DNA from: Cetorhinus maximus
Taxonomy: Eukaryota
Assembly (NCBI RefSeq): GCF_964194155.1
Contig: NC_135894.1
Location: forward strand, 89,280,001-89,344,000
DNA: 64,000 bases
Direction: 5' to 3'
In this document: in pieces, positions 36,485 through 49,915 of the stretch
Numbering within the stretch: position 1 is the stretch's first letter
Layout: each line of letters begins with the position of its first letter
The notes under the pieces: generated by a model
What the model saw: only the letters and a program-made list of their open reading frames with translations
Database searches by the model: none
Told to the model about the DNA's origin: nothing
Made by a program: the position numbers and the translations under genes

Positions 36485-36900
36485 TTCTTTATTCTTTCAT
36501 CAACGTGGGCATCGCTGGCAAGGCCAGCATTTGTTGCCCATTCCTAATTACCCTTAAATGGAGTGGCTTGCTAGGCCATTTCAGAGAGCAGTTAAGAGTC
36601 AACAAGATTGCTGTGGGTCTGGAGTTACATGTAGGCCAGACCAGGTAAGAACGGAAGATTTCCTTCCCTAAAGGACATTAGAGAACCTGGTGGCTTTTTT
36701 AAAAAAAACAATTGATGATAGTTTCATGATCACCATTACCGGGGCTAGCTTTCATTACCAGATTTTATTAATTGAATTTATTATTTTAGTTAAATTCCAT
36801 CAGCTGTTGTGGTGGGATTTGAACTCATGGTCCCTGGGTATTAGCCTGGGCCTCTGGATTACTAGTCCAGTAACATTGCCACCATGCCACCATCTCCCCC
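36485..36900 (-). mobile_element. tRNA-headed SINE = family B head plus family B 3' tail
   Basis: A-box-like TGGCATGGTGG, CTGGA-CTAGTAA-TCCAG stem-loop, B box GAGTTCAAATCC. The body is joined at GCAAGCCACTC to the AAGGGTAATTAGG...AAATGCTGGCC tail. Confidence 0.85.
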
Positions 36901-37917
36901 ACAGTCATATATCATTAAATACAATTTGTAATGACATGTTACATACACTAAAATTTCTATGCCTCAGTTCTTGACAACTTGTACCTAAGCTCTCTGTGAT
37001 CACTTAAGGGATGCTATTGAGGGAGAAAGGAATCGAAGGTTATATTGAATGACTTAGGTGAAGAAGGATGGGGAGGAAACTTGTTTGGAGCATAAACGCT
37101 GCCATGGACTAAGTGTGCTGAATGTCCTGTTTCTATACTGTAAATATGCTGTAATACTTTGTCAGTACTTGTGTGTGTCCATGTGGTAAGACTGCACACT
37201 CCATATTAAGCAAATAGAAATTATTTATGCATTTCTCTCTAGTTTGGTTTGAAGACTCTTAATATACTAGCAATGGATTTCTGTGTATTTGTCCAAAAAT
37301 AAATTCTGTGACGAGGCAGAAGCAGAAAATGTCATTACAAATGAAGGGAAGGAGAGCTAAAAAGATAAATTGCACATGTTTTGACATACAATATGATAAC
37401 AAAACCAGCACTGTGCATAATTTGTCATAAGTTCTGTGATGGTTTCATGCCCAAATTCACAGGGTTTCCAAGGGCAATCAGATGACAAAAGTTTATTGTT
37501 ACCACATGTCATCTTCATGTGCATGATGCAGTTACCATTGAATAATTGTGCCCGTGATTTCTCACATGGACAGTTTTGGATCTGAGAAAGGGGAATGGGA
37601 CTGTATGTAACTCAAAAGAATATTAATTCGATATAGACATTACAAAAGAAAATTCATTTTCTTTTTTAAGGAGCTAAATAATTTAAGGTAAGTAAATACA
37701 TTGCGGGTCAGAGATTGTGGTCAGTAGGGAACACACTGTGCCAGCTGGTCATTGCATTTACATTTGCCCACAGGTTTTCTGTTGGTTTTTGCACTGGAAC
37801 TTGCTGTGATCAGAAAACCATCTCAGCGCAACACTCTCTACAGGGAATCTGAGACCTGTGTGTACAGGGCAAGCAACTCATTAACCAATCAAATTGAAGA
37901 ATCCAGACTGAGACACA

Positions 37918-39063
37918 TGGGGCCCAATTTTTGCCATCAAGGTGGGAGGCAAGAGTCAGGGATTTTCCTGACTCGGCAGACCCATCTCCATATAATGGCC
38001 CCTCCATGCATTATTTTTGGTCTGGGGAGGTGGGTGTGGGATCAAGTCGGGTCCGTCGACCCCGGAAGCAGTTCAGGTGCATTCACAGAGACAGGCGAGT
38101 GCCAAGGCAAGCTGGTTAGAAGGACCACCTCGGTTCTCTGGTGCTTTGTCCCAGTTTTATTAAAGGCTGTTAGGCCCTTTAGCCTTCACCCCTCACACAC
38201 CCTCAACTGCCTCCCTCAACCACTCCCCATGACACCTCCATGCCCCTATGCGGTCTCCATGTACCCCATACTCCATCCATGCCCCCATGTTGCTTCTATG
38301 GCCCCCCTGCATCCTCCATGCCCCAGTATGCGCTATAGAACCAATGAGTCATATAATAACAATGGAAAGTCTTGAGATACACTTGAAAAAAAAACACCTT
38401 TGATAAAGAACTGTTGCTCTTACATCCTCACAGCTCTTAAAAGTGTCAATCAGACAGAACCATTCGTAGTATTAATAAATGAAGCTTTACCTCACTTCAT
38501 ACCCCTTATTCTTATTTAAATAAACATACAGATATTGAAAAATATCACAGAAAAATAGCATATTATAACCAAAGGAAACACTCCACTTCAGCCTAAGAAA
38601 AAGACCCCTACTGAGCGAATCCATTTGTTGATCTTGGAGTTCAGCCAAGCATTCATCATGAGGCCATCTGGGAACTGTATCAACAGAAACAGATGGTCAG
38701 ATGTTTTGCTAGATGGAGTAAAGACATGCGATGTTGCAGAGGCAGAAATAGGCAGTCTAAGAGACTTACCACACAATTAAAAATTTACTTACACTGGAAT
38801 GGACAACCCTAACTTTTTTCTGGCATGTTTCATAGGTATCCATTACATGAGTACCCCAACTTCACATCCTTCCATGTGCTCCAATGGCAAGCCTCAGCAA
38901 GATACTGGTGTAGCAATGGTCCCGGAGGAGGGAGGCACCAACATGCCTTAATTTCCACATTTAACTGTGCACATGCATTCGCCAGATGTTGATGTCCAAT
39001 TAATCTTTAATAATGGAGAATGCCGATTGCCTGACAGTTATTTATTCCTGTCAAATCCAGGCC
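37918..39063. mobile_element. Possible non-autonomous DNA transposon(s) with GGGC..ATTTT-type termini
   Basis: Left GGGCCCAATTTT, right reverse complement GGCCTGGATTT; internal CCCCATG-rich low-complexity tract. No ORF recognised. Confidence 0.35.
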
Positions 39064-39609
39064 ATTATCTGTTACCGTCACTTATTTGATTCTTCACCAG
39101 CTCTTAAATAAATTTGCTTGTTAGATAAAGTCTGAAATAAGGTCTGATGTGATATTGTCAATACCGAAAAGATGCTTTGCATGCACAGGATAAGTATGGC
39201 CCCTGTAGTAATTAATACCAATGTTTTTTTTCTGTTTATTATCCCAGACACAGAACCGAAGGCTATATATCAGGAATACTGAAGGTACTCTGCATTTCAC
39301 AAGGAATTAGGACGTGTGTTGGAGAGTAATCTAAAATATCAAGTAAAAATATCCAAAGCAAGAAGGATAGGAAAGAGCCTAAAGGAAAAGAAGTCCATAT
39401 AAATGCAAACTTAACCACAGTAATTTGAATAATCCAATCTGAAATATTAATTTTGTTCCTTAAAAAAATTTAAATAGAGTTGGGAAAAACATAAGCTTCA
39501 ACATTATTCCATCTTCTTGGAATATTCATTTCATTTAAACTAAGTTCAGTTTCCATGAGCCATTAAATTACTAGCTCTTTCTGGTTTACAATTCAGAATA
39601 CCTGTGGAT

Positions 39610-40001
39610 GTCAGCTGTGGTTCCATGGTAACTCTCCTGAATTTGAATCAGGTGGATGTGGGTTCAAATCTCAGGTCCAGTACTGAGGGAGTGCTGCACT
39701 GTAGGCACTGCTGCACTGTCTTTCAGTTGAAATTAAGCCATGTTTCTACTTGCCCTCTCAGGTGAATGTATAAGATTCCTTGGCACTATTCTGAAGAAGA
39801 GCAGCGGAACTATCCCTGGTCTTGGTCAATATTTATCCCTAAAACTGATTATCTGATCTGATCTGATCATTGCTGTTTGCTGCATGTAAAGTTGGCTGCT
39901 GTGTTTCCTACATTATCACAACGTCAAAAGCAACTAATTGGCTGTAAATGATTTGAGATGTCCTGAGATTGTGAAAGGCACTATATAAATGTAGCCTTTC
40001 T
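39610..40001 (+). mobile_element. Deu-like SINE, full length
   Basis: B box GGTTCAAATC, core AGTACTGAGGGAGTGCTGCACTGT, tail GAAAGGCACTATATAAATG. Further fragments at ~20990-21080, 24420-24650, 40640-40790 and 50430-50620. Confidence 0.82.
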
Positions 40002-41174
40002 TACTGACACATGTAACGTAATGGTAGCAGTGTTTACTCCTAGTCCACCCTAATAAACTGTTTAAATATTAAACAGCAAAGGCAAAGAATTTCTCACACT
40101 TATTATTTGGGGCAAAACATGTTTTAATTATGATGGCGAACAATTATCATTAATATAGTCACACACCCATTGCTCTGTTAGTTACACCAACAGCTGCAAA
40201 CTATCACCAGAAATATTAATGGTGTGTTAATTATATTATGATATACAGCTGAAGGTCATTGTTTAATTAAGTACTTAGAGCACTTATAAAGAGAGACTGC
40301 TGGGTTAGTAGGTGGGAGGCAGCCAAATGTAATGTTGCATTCTGTATAGAAACCAATGAACAAGAAAGGGATTTGTGCCCACTTTCATACTTTACAATGT
40401 GGCTTGGGATCCAATTGTCAAAGAATTTCTCTTGATTGATTCATGGTGGCTATTTGGAAGCACAATTAGTGCAATCTAACTTGATCCCCTGCTGTCCTGA
40501 AGGCAAACACTCTTGATAAGGTTAAGGTCCCCCCCAATCTCCATCAACATATCATTCTAACAGTGTAAGCCATCACAATAAGCATTGGCATACCGATGGC
40601 ATCAGCAATCCCCACCCTACGCCCAGCTTTCCCATAGCCTGTAGCCTTTGTGGGAGCTTTCTGTGAGTAAATTAGGTGATACATTTTCTGCATTACGTCA
40701 GTGACTACATTTCAAAAGTACTTCATCAGTGTAAAGCACTTCAGGATGTCCTGAGGTCATGAAAGGTAGGTGTACAAATACAAGTCTTGCTTTCTAATGG
40801 GCTAAGAGCTGGGATTTTCCTGATCTATCTGATCTTTACGGGGCCTATTAAATCAGCTGATCTCAGTGGCAGTGTGAGTGGAGTGATTAATATAATGAGT
40901 CTGAGCTGGGGCCAGAAGTAAAGAAAAATCAGCAATACTCCCTGCTCCTAATTACTATACAGTGACTTCACTATATGTGCGAATGTTAATTGTTGGCAGA
41001 CTCAAGCTCAGCTGCAACCATCCCTTATAATTGAACAGACCAGTGATATTCAGCGTGTGGGTTCACACATAAAGAATGAGGCAACCGAGTGCTTGTGGCA
41101 TTATAACACCGCCCCCCACAACAATCCACCACCTCCCTCCACCACCTCACTCACTTACACACATACACACACAC

Positions 41175-41545
41175 ACAATACCATCTACAAAATGCTCTGC
41201 AGGAATTCACCATGGCTCCTTCGACAGCACCTTCCAAACCCACGACCACTACCATCTAGAAGGATAAGGGCAGCAGGTAGATGGAAACACCACCACCTGG
41301 AAGTTCCCTTCCAAATCACTCACCATCCTGACTTGGAAATATATCTGTGTTCCTTCACTGTCGCTGGGTCAAAATCCTGGAACTCCCTTCTTAACAGCAA
41401 TGCAGGTGCACCTACACCTGCACAGGGACTGTAGCAGTTCAAGAAGACAGCTCAGCACCATCTTCTCAAGCGCAACTAGGGATGAGCAATAAATGCTGGC
41501 CCAGCCAGTGAAGCCCACATCTCTTGAATGAATAAAAAAAAACAC
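41175..41545 (+). mobile_element. CR1-group family B 3' fragment
   Basis: TIYKMLCRNSPWLLRQHLPNPRPLP; family B tail. Confidence 0.9.
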
Positions 41546-42179
41546 ACACTAAACTCCTGTGACTTTATTGCTGTGGAGAACACAACGAAAGGACTGACAC
41601 CTGGGCCCGGGGATAAAATCCACCTGTGCAATATTTTGTGTGTAATAATTAACATGTCTGTGTCACTTTCTTCTGTGCACAATTACACTGAAATTGTTCA
41701 TGCAATTCACTTCAACAGTTTAGAATGACACCGAGATGGATTTGATACATACGAGTAACCCAGCAGGTTAAAAAACAACAGCACACAGGAATTCTGGGCT
41801 CCGTTTAGGTTTATGGCAGAGTTTATGGCACAGATTTTGTGCTGGTAATAACGGCAAAACTTTCTATTCCACTGAAACTGACAGCAATGTCGGGAGTCCG
41901 TACATGCACTGAATAACGTGAAAGCCAGTGAGTGTATGCTTAACCAGGGGTGTGTTCCCTAAGCCGTCAGTGAATTGACGATAACTTTTACAACTGTTAG
42001 CCTTACTGTAAAAACGTGAAAAAGTTACATCTTGTTAAATGAGGTGTAGTTAGATTTTAATAGTGTACTAAGTTCACAATTACTGATAGGCATCCTCTCT
42101 GGTCCTGAATAGCTATTTTTATATTTGTGAAATGTCAAAACTTTTCATTATGATAAAAGAACTTCTAGAGTCAACATGG

Positions 42180-43285
42180 TTCTGTAAATTGATAGAAAAT
42201 TGGCTAGCTAACAGGGAGCAGAGAGTTGGCGTAAATGGGTTTTTTTCTGGTTGGCAGGATGTGACGAGCAGTGTGCCACGGGGCTCAGTGCTGGGACCTC
42301 AACTATTTACAATTTATATAAATGACTTGGATGAAGAGACCAAAGGAATGTTGGCTAAATTTGCTGATGACACAAGGCTAGGTAGGAAAGTAAACTGTGA
42401 AGAGGGCATAAGGAGGCTACAAAGGGACATAGATAGGTTAAGTGAGTGGGCAAAGATCTGGCAAATGGAGTATAATGTGGGAAAATGTGAAATCATTCAT
42501 TTTGGCAGGAAGAATAAAAAAGAAGCTTATTATCTAAATGGTGAGAGATTGCAGAGCTCTGAGATTCAGAGGGATCTGGGTGTCCTAGTGCATGAAGCAC
42601 AAAATGTTGGTATGCAGGTATAGCAGATAATTAGGAAAGCTAATGGAATGTTATAATTTATTGTGAGGGGAATTGATTACAAAAGTAGGGAGGTTTTGCA
42701 TTAGTTGTACAGGGCATTGGTGAGACCACATCTGGAGTATTGTGTACAGTACTGATCTTCTTATTTAAAGAAAGATGTAAATGCGTTAGAAGCAGTTCAG
42801 AGAAGGTTTACTAGAGCAATACTAGGAATGGACAGGTTGTCTTCTGAGGAAAGGTTGGACAGGCTAGTTTTGTTTCCACTGGAATTTAGAAGAGTAAGAG
42901 GTGACTTAATTGAAACCTTTAAGATCCTGAGGGGTCTTGACAGGGTGGATGTGAAGAGCATGTTTCCTCTTGTGGGAGAATCTAGAACGAGGGGTCACTG
43001 TTTAAAAATAAGGGGTCGCTCATTTAAGACAGAGATGAGGAGGAATTATTTCTCTCAGAAGGTTGTGAGTCTTTGGAACTCTCTTCCTCAAAAGGTGGTG
43101 GAAGCCAAATCTTTGAGTATTTTTAAAGTAGATTTAGATAGATACTTGATTAACAAGGAGGTGAAAGGTTATTGGGGGTGGGCAGGAACGTGGGGCTGAG
43201 GTTACATTCAGATCAGCCATGATCCTATTGAATATCGGAGCAGGTTCGACAGCAGGTTTGACTCCTGCTTCTAATTTGTTCATAT
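42180..43285 (+). mobile_element. CR1 family A RT/C-terminal fragment
   Basis: ORF 42132-42623 VTSSVPRGSVLGPQLFTIYINDL...AKFADDTRLG; ORF 42828-43199. Confidence 0.95.
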
Positions 43286-43439
43286 AATAATATGTTTTTA
43301 AAGTTTGTTTGTGATATTTTAGCTTCCATCTTAATCCAATCATTATCATTTATCTGACTATCTGAAAATTAAATTCAAAGTGAAGGATAATCAATGCTTT
43401 CAACTACTTTGCTGTCTTTGACAATACTGCAATGTGATT

Positions 43440-46400
43440 ATTTTTTTATTCATTCATGGGATGTGGGCGTCGCTGGCTGGGCGAGCATTTATTGCCCATC
43501 CCTAATTGCCCTTGAGAACGTGGTAGTGAGCTGCCTTCTAGAACCGCTGCAGTCCATGTGGTATAGGTATACCCACAGTGCTGTTAGGGAGGGGTGTTCC
43601 AGGATTATCACCCAGCGACAATGAAGAAATGACAATATAGTTTCAAGTCAGAACAGTGAATGGCTAAGAGGGGAACTTTCAGGTGGTGGTGTTCCCATGT
43701 GTCTGCTGCCCTTGTCTTTCTATGTGGTAGTGGTCATGGTTTTAGAAGAAAAATCTGTGCTGTTTTTCTGGTGTTGTCCAAGGAGCCTTGGTGAGTTCCC
43801 GCAGTGCATCTAATAGATGGTACACACTGCTGCCACTGTGCATCGGTGATGGAGGGAGTAAATGTTTGTGTGTGGGATGCAATAGAGAGGGTGGCTTTGA
43901 CCTGCATGGTGTCAAGCTTCTTAAGTGCTGTTGGAGCTGTACTCATCCAGATAAGTGAAGAGTATTCCATAGCACTCTTGGCTTTTGCCTTGTAGTTGGT
44001 GGACAGGATTTGGGAAGTCAGGGGTTGAATCACTCTCCGCAGGATTCCTAGCCTCTGACCTGCTCTTGTAGGCACAGTATTTATCTGGCTAGTCCAGTTC
44101 AGTTCCTGATCAATGGTAACCAGCGGGGTGTTGATAGTGGTGGATTCAGTGATGGTAATGCCATTGAATGTCCAGGGGCGATGGTTGGATTCTCTCTTGC
44201 TGGAGATGGTCATTGCCTGGCACTTGTGTGGTGCAAATATTACTTTCCACTTGTCAGCCCAAGCCTGGATATTGCTGCATTTGGACGTGGACTGCTTTAG
44301 TATCTGAGGAGTCACGAATTGTGCTGAACATTGTGCAATCAACAGTGAACATCCCTACTTTTGACCTTATGATGGAAGGAAGGTCATTGATGAAGCAGCT
44401 TAAGATGGTTGGGCCTAGGACACTACCCTGAGGAATTCCTGCAGTGACGTCCTGGAACTGAGATGATTGACCTCCAACAGCGGAGAATTTTCCCCTTATT
44501 CCCATTTACTTCAGTTTTGCTTGATGCCACACTTGGTCAAATGCTGCCTTGATGTCAAAGGCAGTCTCTCTCACCTCACCTCCGGAGTTCAGCTCTTTTG
44601 TCCACATTTGAACCAAGGCTGTAATCAGATCAGGAGCTGAGTGGCCCTGGTGAAACCCAAACTGACTGTTAGTGAGCAGGTTATTGCTAAGCAAGTGCCA
44701 CTTGATAGCACTGTTGATGACTCCTTTCTCACTTTACCGATGATGGAGAGTAGATTGATGGGGTGGTAATTGGCCGGGTTGGATTTGTCCTGCTTTTTGT
44801 GTACAGGGCACAATTTTCCACATAGCCAGGTAGATGCCAGTGTTGTGGCTGTACTGGAACAGTTTTGCTAGGGGCACAGCAAGTTCTGGGGCACAAGTCT
44901 TCAGTACTATTGTCAGAATATTGTCAGGGCCCATAGTCTTTGCAGTGTCCAGTACCTTCAGCCATTTCTTGATATCACGTGGAGTGAATTGAATTGGCTT
45001 AAGTCTGGCATCTATGGCGCTGGGGTCCTCCAGAGGAGGCCAAGATGGATCATCCACTTGGCACTTCTGGCTGAAGATTGTTGCAAATGCTTCAGCCTTA
45101 TCTTTTGCACTGATGTGTTGGGCTCCCCCATCATTGAGGAAGGGAATATTCCTGGAGCTTCCTCCTCCAGTGAGTTGTTTAATTGTCCATCACCTTTCAT
45201 GACTGGAGGTAGCATGACTGCAGAGTTTAGCTCTGTCTATCACTTGCTCCTTCTGCTTTTTGGCATGCAAGTAGTCCTGTGTTGTAGCTTCACCAGGTCG
45301 ACACCTCATTTTTAGGTATGCCTGGTGCTGCTCCTGGCATCCCCTCCTGCACTCTTCATTGAACCAGGGTTGGTCCCCTGGCTTGGTAATAATGGTAGAG
45401 TGGGGGATATGCCAAGCCATGAGGTTACAGATTGTGGTTGAATACAATTCTGCTGCTGCTGATGGCCCATTGTGCCTCATTGTTACCCAGTCTTGAGTTG
45501 CTACATCTGTTCGAAACCTATTCCATTTAACACAGTGGTAGTGCCACACAACACAATGGAGGGTATCCTCAATGTGAAGACAGGGCTTAGTCTGCACAAT
45601 GGCTATGTGGTGGTCACTCCTATCGAAACTGTCATGGACAGATGCACCTGCGACAAGCAGGTTGTTGAGGATGAGGTCGAGTATGCTTTTCATTCTTGTT
45701 AGTTCCGTCACCACCTATGTCCTTTAGGACTCAGCCAGCTCAGTCTGTGGTGGAGCTACCAAGCCACTCTTGGTGATAGACATTGAAGTCCCCCATCCAG
45801 AGTACATTCTGCATCCCTACCACCCTTAGTGCTTCCTCCAAGTGATGTTCAACAAGAAGGAGAACTGATTCATCAGCCGAGGGAGGGCGGTATGTGGTAA
45901 TCAGCAGACTTCATGGGGTCCAGAGTCGATGTTGAGGACTTCCAGGGCAACTTGCTCCCAGCTGTATATCACTGTGCTGCCACCTCTGCCCAGTCTGTAC
46001 TCAATCGTCCTGGCCCGATGTACCACCCACTCTACCATTACCACCAAACCAGGGTTCAATGAAGAGTGCAGGAAGGCATGTCAGGAGCAGCACCAAGCAT
46101 ACTTAAAAATGAGGTGTCTGCTGCTGCTTGACTAGTCTGTTCCTAGGAGAACTTTGCAGGGTCGATAAGGCTGAGTTTGCCATTGTCGTTTCCGGTGCCT
46201 AGGTCGTTGCCAGGTGGTCCATCCGGTTCCGTTCCTTTTAGACTTAGCAGATTATACGACTGAGTGGCTTGCTCAGCCATTTCATTTAAGAGTTATCCAC
46301 ATTGCTGTGGGTCTGGAGTCACATGTAGGCCAGGCCAGGTAAGGACGGCAGATTTCCTTCCCTAAAGGACATCAGCGAACCAGATGATTTTCATGACAAT

Positions 46401-46558
46401 TGACAATGGTTGTCATTAGACAACCATTTCAATTTTTGAATTTTTCAATTCCAGGTTTATATTGAATTCAAATTTCACCATCTGCTGTGGTCCCCAGGGC
46501 ATTACCCTGGGTCTCTGGATTACTAATCCAGCGATGACGCCACTACGCCACCACCTCC
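43440..46558 (-). mobile_element. Near full-length CR1-group family B LINE: tRNA-like head, single degenerate APE-RT ORF, tail
   Basis: Head at ~46558-46260; RLVKQQ at ~46140; QNVLWMGDFN at ~45780-45810; LDLILNN...SDHH; KTMGPDNI...ELAVPLAKLFQ; QFGFHQGHS..D; DIKAAFDQVWH; GIPQGSVLGP; tail at ~43450. Many frameshifts. Confidence 0.92.
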
Positions 46559-47399
46559 TTACCCTGCTTGCTGACATCCCCTTTGATTTGGCAGCAGGTT
46601 TAAACTTGCATTGGGAAAGGGGCAATCCATGCCACAGAGATCACCAGATCTTGGCGGGCAACATTCTTTGAGCTCGTGGTGTGCTTTGCTGCTGACTGCA
46701 AAATTCAGCCCTACGCTATAGCAAGCTGTGCTGCCTGAGAAATATCTCTGTGCGAGGGGATAAGGTAATGGACTGAGTTAACAAGCTGTTCTGAAAAGAT
46801 AACCAGGAAAGTTACAAATGATAAAGAGAGATTCTAGAATGACAAATTCCTTTAAGGTAGTTTCATTTTAAAAAGGCCACCAATGGCTTTTCTGCAAATG
46901 AAGAGGAATATGTATGGTTGTGATTTCCATTAAAGCTGTGGGCATATTAGAAATTGATGTGTGTTTCCAGTCTGTGATTACTAAGTGGAATTTTATTTTG
47001 TCTGGAATTTTATTTTTTTAAATTCCTGACCTCAATCTTATACCAAGCTCAATGCTGCCCAAACTAATCAAGTATAATGCAATAAGAAACAGAGTATCTC
47101 AACGAGTTCCACCTCATGTTGCTTATTTTGTTATGATATTTATTTCATTGTCAGCATGATGCAGGTTGTAGTACAATAATATGTTGATACTTAATCTTTT
47201 TTTCTGTCACTCAACACAGGTGCACATTGTACGGGAACAGTTTTAGAGAAAAAAAACAAGGGTTGTTGGGTGCCCTCAAGTGGTCATTTTACAAACACAG
47301 GAGGATATCTCTACATGATAAGATCGGCAGGAACCCCAATTGTACAGATCACTGATGCTTGCAACTTAGTCCAGCTTCTGGTGCACCCACCTTTCCTTT

Positions 47400-47975
47400 T
47401 TATTTCATTCTTGAGATATGGGCATCACCAGCAAGGGCAGCATTTACTTACATTCCTTAATGCCCTGAGAGGACAGTGGTGGGACTTCTTGCTTGGCCAC
47501 TTCAGAAGGCAGTAAAGAATCAACCATATTAAGTGTAGGATCGGAATCATATCTAGGCCAGACCAGGTAAGGATGGCAGGACACAGCAGCCTGCTTGATT
47601 GATGCCCCATCCACCACCTTAGACATTCACTCCCTCCATCACCAAAGCACAGTGGAAGCAGTGTGCACCATCTATATGCTGCACTGCAGCAACTCACCAA
47701 GGATCCTTCGACAACACCTTCCAAACCCGCCACCGCTACCACCTGCAAGGGCAAGGACAGCATATTCATGGGAACACTGCCACCTGCAAGTTGGCCTCCG
47801 ACCCACACACCATCCTAACTTGTGGCTATATTGCATGTCCTTACTGCCACTGGGTCAAGAACTCCCTTCCTAACAGCATTGTGGGTGTGCCAATACTACA
47901 TGAACTGCAGCTGTTCAAGAAGGTAGCTCACCACCAACAATACCCACATCCCCTGAATTACTAAATATAAAAAAA
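47400..47975. mobile_element. Family B SINE fragment (-, ~47400-47580) abutting a family B LINE 3' fragment (+, ~47580-47975)
   Basis: GGCCAGACCAGGTAAGGATGGCAG followed by GACACAGCAGCCTGCTTGATTG...SLHHQSTV. Confidence 0.75.
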
Positions 47976-48049
47976 AATGTTTTCTATAGTCACTGTTTCT
48001 GATACCAGCTCTTTATTTCCATGTTTTTAAATTGAGCTAACATTTTCAA

Positions 48050-48340
48050 GGAAATCCTGTGGGGCAGTGGCTAGTGTCTCTACTTCTGGGTCAGAAGCTC
48101 TGGATTCAAGTCCCACTTTGGGAATTAATGGCTATGGGCAGTGCATTTATAATGTGGCCAAACAGGTTGATTATCAGCCTGGGGATCCTAATGGTAAGCA
48201 GTAAGAGTGGGACAGTTTCCTGGTCAGCCATACTGCAGAAGACAACAGAAAACTGCTGCCAAGAGTAATCATGGGCCTATCCAATGGAAACCCATGGTCA
48301 CCAGTGCCCTCTTAGGGCATGGCACCTAAAGGAGGAGGAG
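48050..48340 (+). mobile_element. tRNA-derived, RTE-related SINE (second copy)
   Basis: TCCTGTGGGGCAGTGG...CAGAAGCTCTGGATTCAAGTCCC...GGTCAGCCATACTGCAGAAG...AAGGAGGAGGAG. Confidence 0.75.
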
Positions 48341-48779
48341 CATTTTCAAACTGCTACAGTGGGATTTAAATTCATGTAGTCTATATTATTAGGCCAGGTC
48401 ACTGTATTATTAGTCTAGTAGCATAACCATTACATTACAAACCCCTTCACCTGTGGCCTTCTGTAGACAATTGCTAACACCTATCGCAGGCTTCATTCAT
48501 TGCTTGACCAACATAGTGATTTCCTGAGCTGAGTTTACATTCCGGTTCTTTTCACCTCTCTTGATCTCCAACAGAAGAAAGCTTTGTATTTTGAGTGCCA
48601 CATTATGTCTCTCAGAAGCTTCCCAACGTGATTCAGAGACAATGGCCTCAATATTAAAGGGAGAGTGAAAAGGGTGAAGGGGAGCCCAACAGTGGGAGAC
48701 AAACTCGGCAAGGCTGGTGACATGGCAATAAATTCATCCGCTACACTCAGCGATTGACTACCTAGCTGGCATGCAGGAG

Positions 48780-49915
48780 TTTTTTTTTAATTTGTTCGTG
48801 GGATGTGGTTGCTGCTGGCAAGGCCAGTATTTGTTTCACAACCCTAATTGCTCTTGAGAAGATGATGTCGAGCCACCTTCTGGGGCTATTCTAGTCCATA
48901 TAGTGTAGGTACGCCCACAGTGCTGTTAGGAAGGGAGTCTGCAAAGGGATGCAGATAGGTTTAGTGAGTGAACAAAAATTTGGCAGGTGGAGTATAATGT
49001 GGGAAAATGTGAGCTTGTCCACTTTGGCAGGAAGAATGGAAAAGCAGAATCTTATTTAAATGGAGACTGCAGAATGCAGAGGGATCCGGATGTCCTCGTA
49101 CATGAATCACAACAGCTTAGCATGCAGGTACAGCAAGTAATTAGGAAGCAAATGGAGTGTTGGTCTTTATTGCCCGAGGGGGGGATGGAGCATAAAAGTA
49201 GAGAGGTGTTGCTACAACTGTACAGGACACTGGTGAGACTGCACCTAGAGCATTGTGTACGGTTTTGGTCTCCTTTCTTGAGGAGGAACATACTTGCATC
49301 GGAGGCAATTCAGAGAAGGTTCACTAGGCTGATTCCTGGGATGAAGGGGTTGTTTTATGATGAAAGGTTGAGCTGGTATTGGAGTTTAGAAGACTGAGCA
49401 GTGATCTTATTGAAGCATATAAGTTTCTGAGAGGTCTTGATAGGATAGATGCTGAGATGTTTCCTCTCAAGGGGGAATCTAGAACTCGGGAGCAGCTTTT
49501 AAGATTAAGGGTCTCCTGTTTAAGACTGGGATGAGGAGGAATTTCTTCTCTCAGAAGCTTATTAGTCTTTGGAATTCTCTTCCACAGACGGCAGTGGAGG
49601 CTGTGTCATTGAATATATTCAAGGCTGAGTTGAGAGTGATTTTTGATTGGCAAGAGAGTCAAATGTTATGGGGGACAGGCAGGAAAGTAGAGTTAAGGCC
49701 ACAATCAGATCGGCTACAATCTTATTGAATTGTGGAGCAGACCCACGTACCCCCATCCTCTTATATTCTTATACTCTTATTTTGACCCAGTGTTTGGGAT
49801 GGAACAGCTATATGGCTCCAAGTCAGGATGCTGTGTGACCTGGAGGGGAACTTGCAGCTGGCTGTGTTCTCATGTGTCTGCTACCCGTGTCCTTCCAGGT
49901 GGCAGAGGTTTGCTG
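48780..49915. mobile_element. Family B fragment (-) interrupted by CR1 family A (+, ~48940-49780)
   Basis: Family B tail at 48785-48938 resumes at ~49800 (CCAAGTCAGGATG). The insert encodes YNVGKCELVHFGRKN...LVRLHLEHCV. Confidence 0.85.

Noticed and set aside
37752-38375. 207-aa ORF
   Set aside because: Crosses from unique DNA into a repeat-like, CCCCATG-rich tract; no domain recognised.
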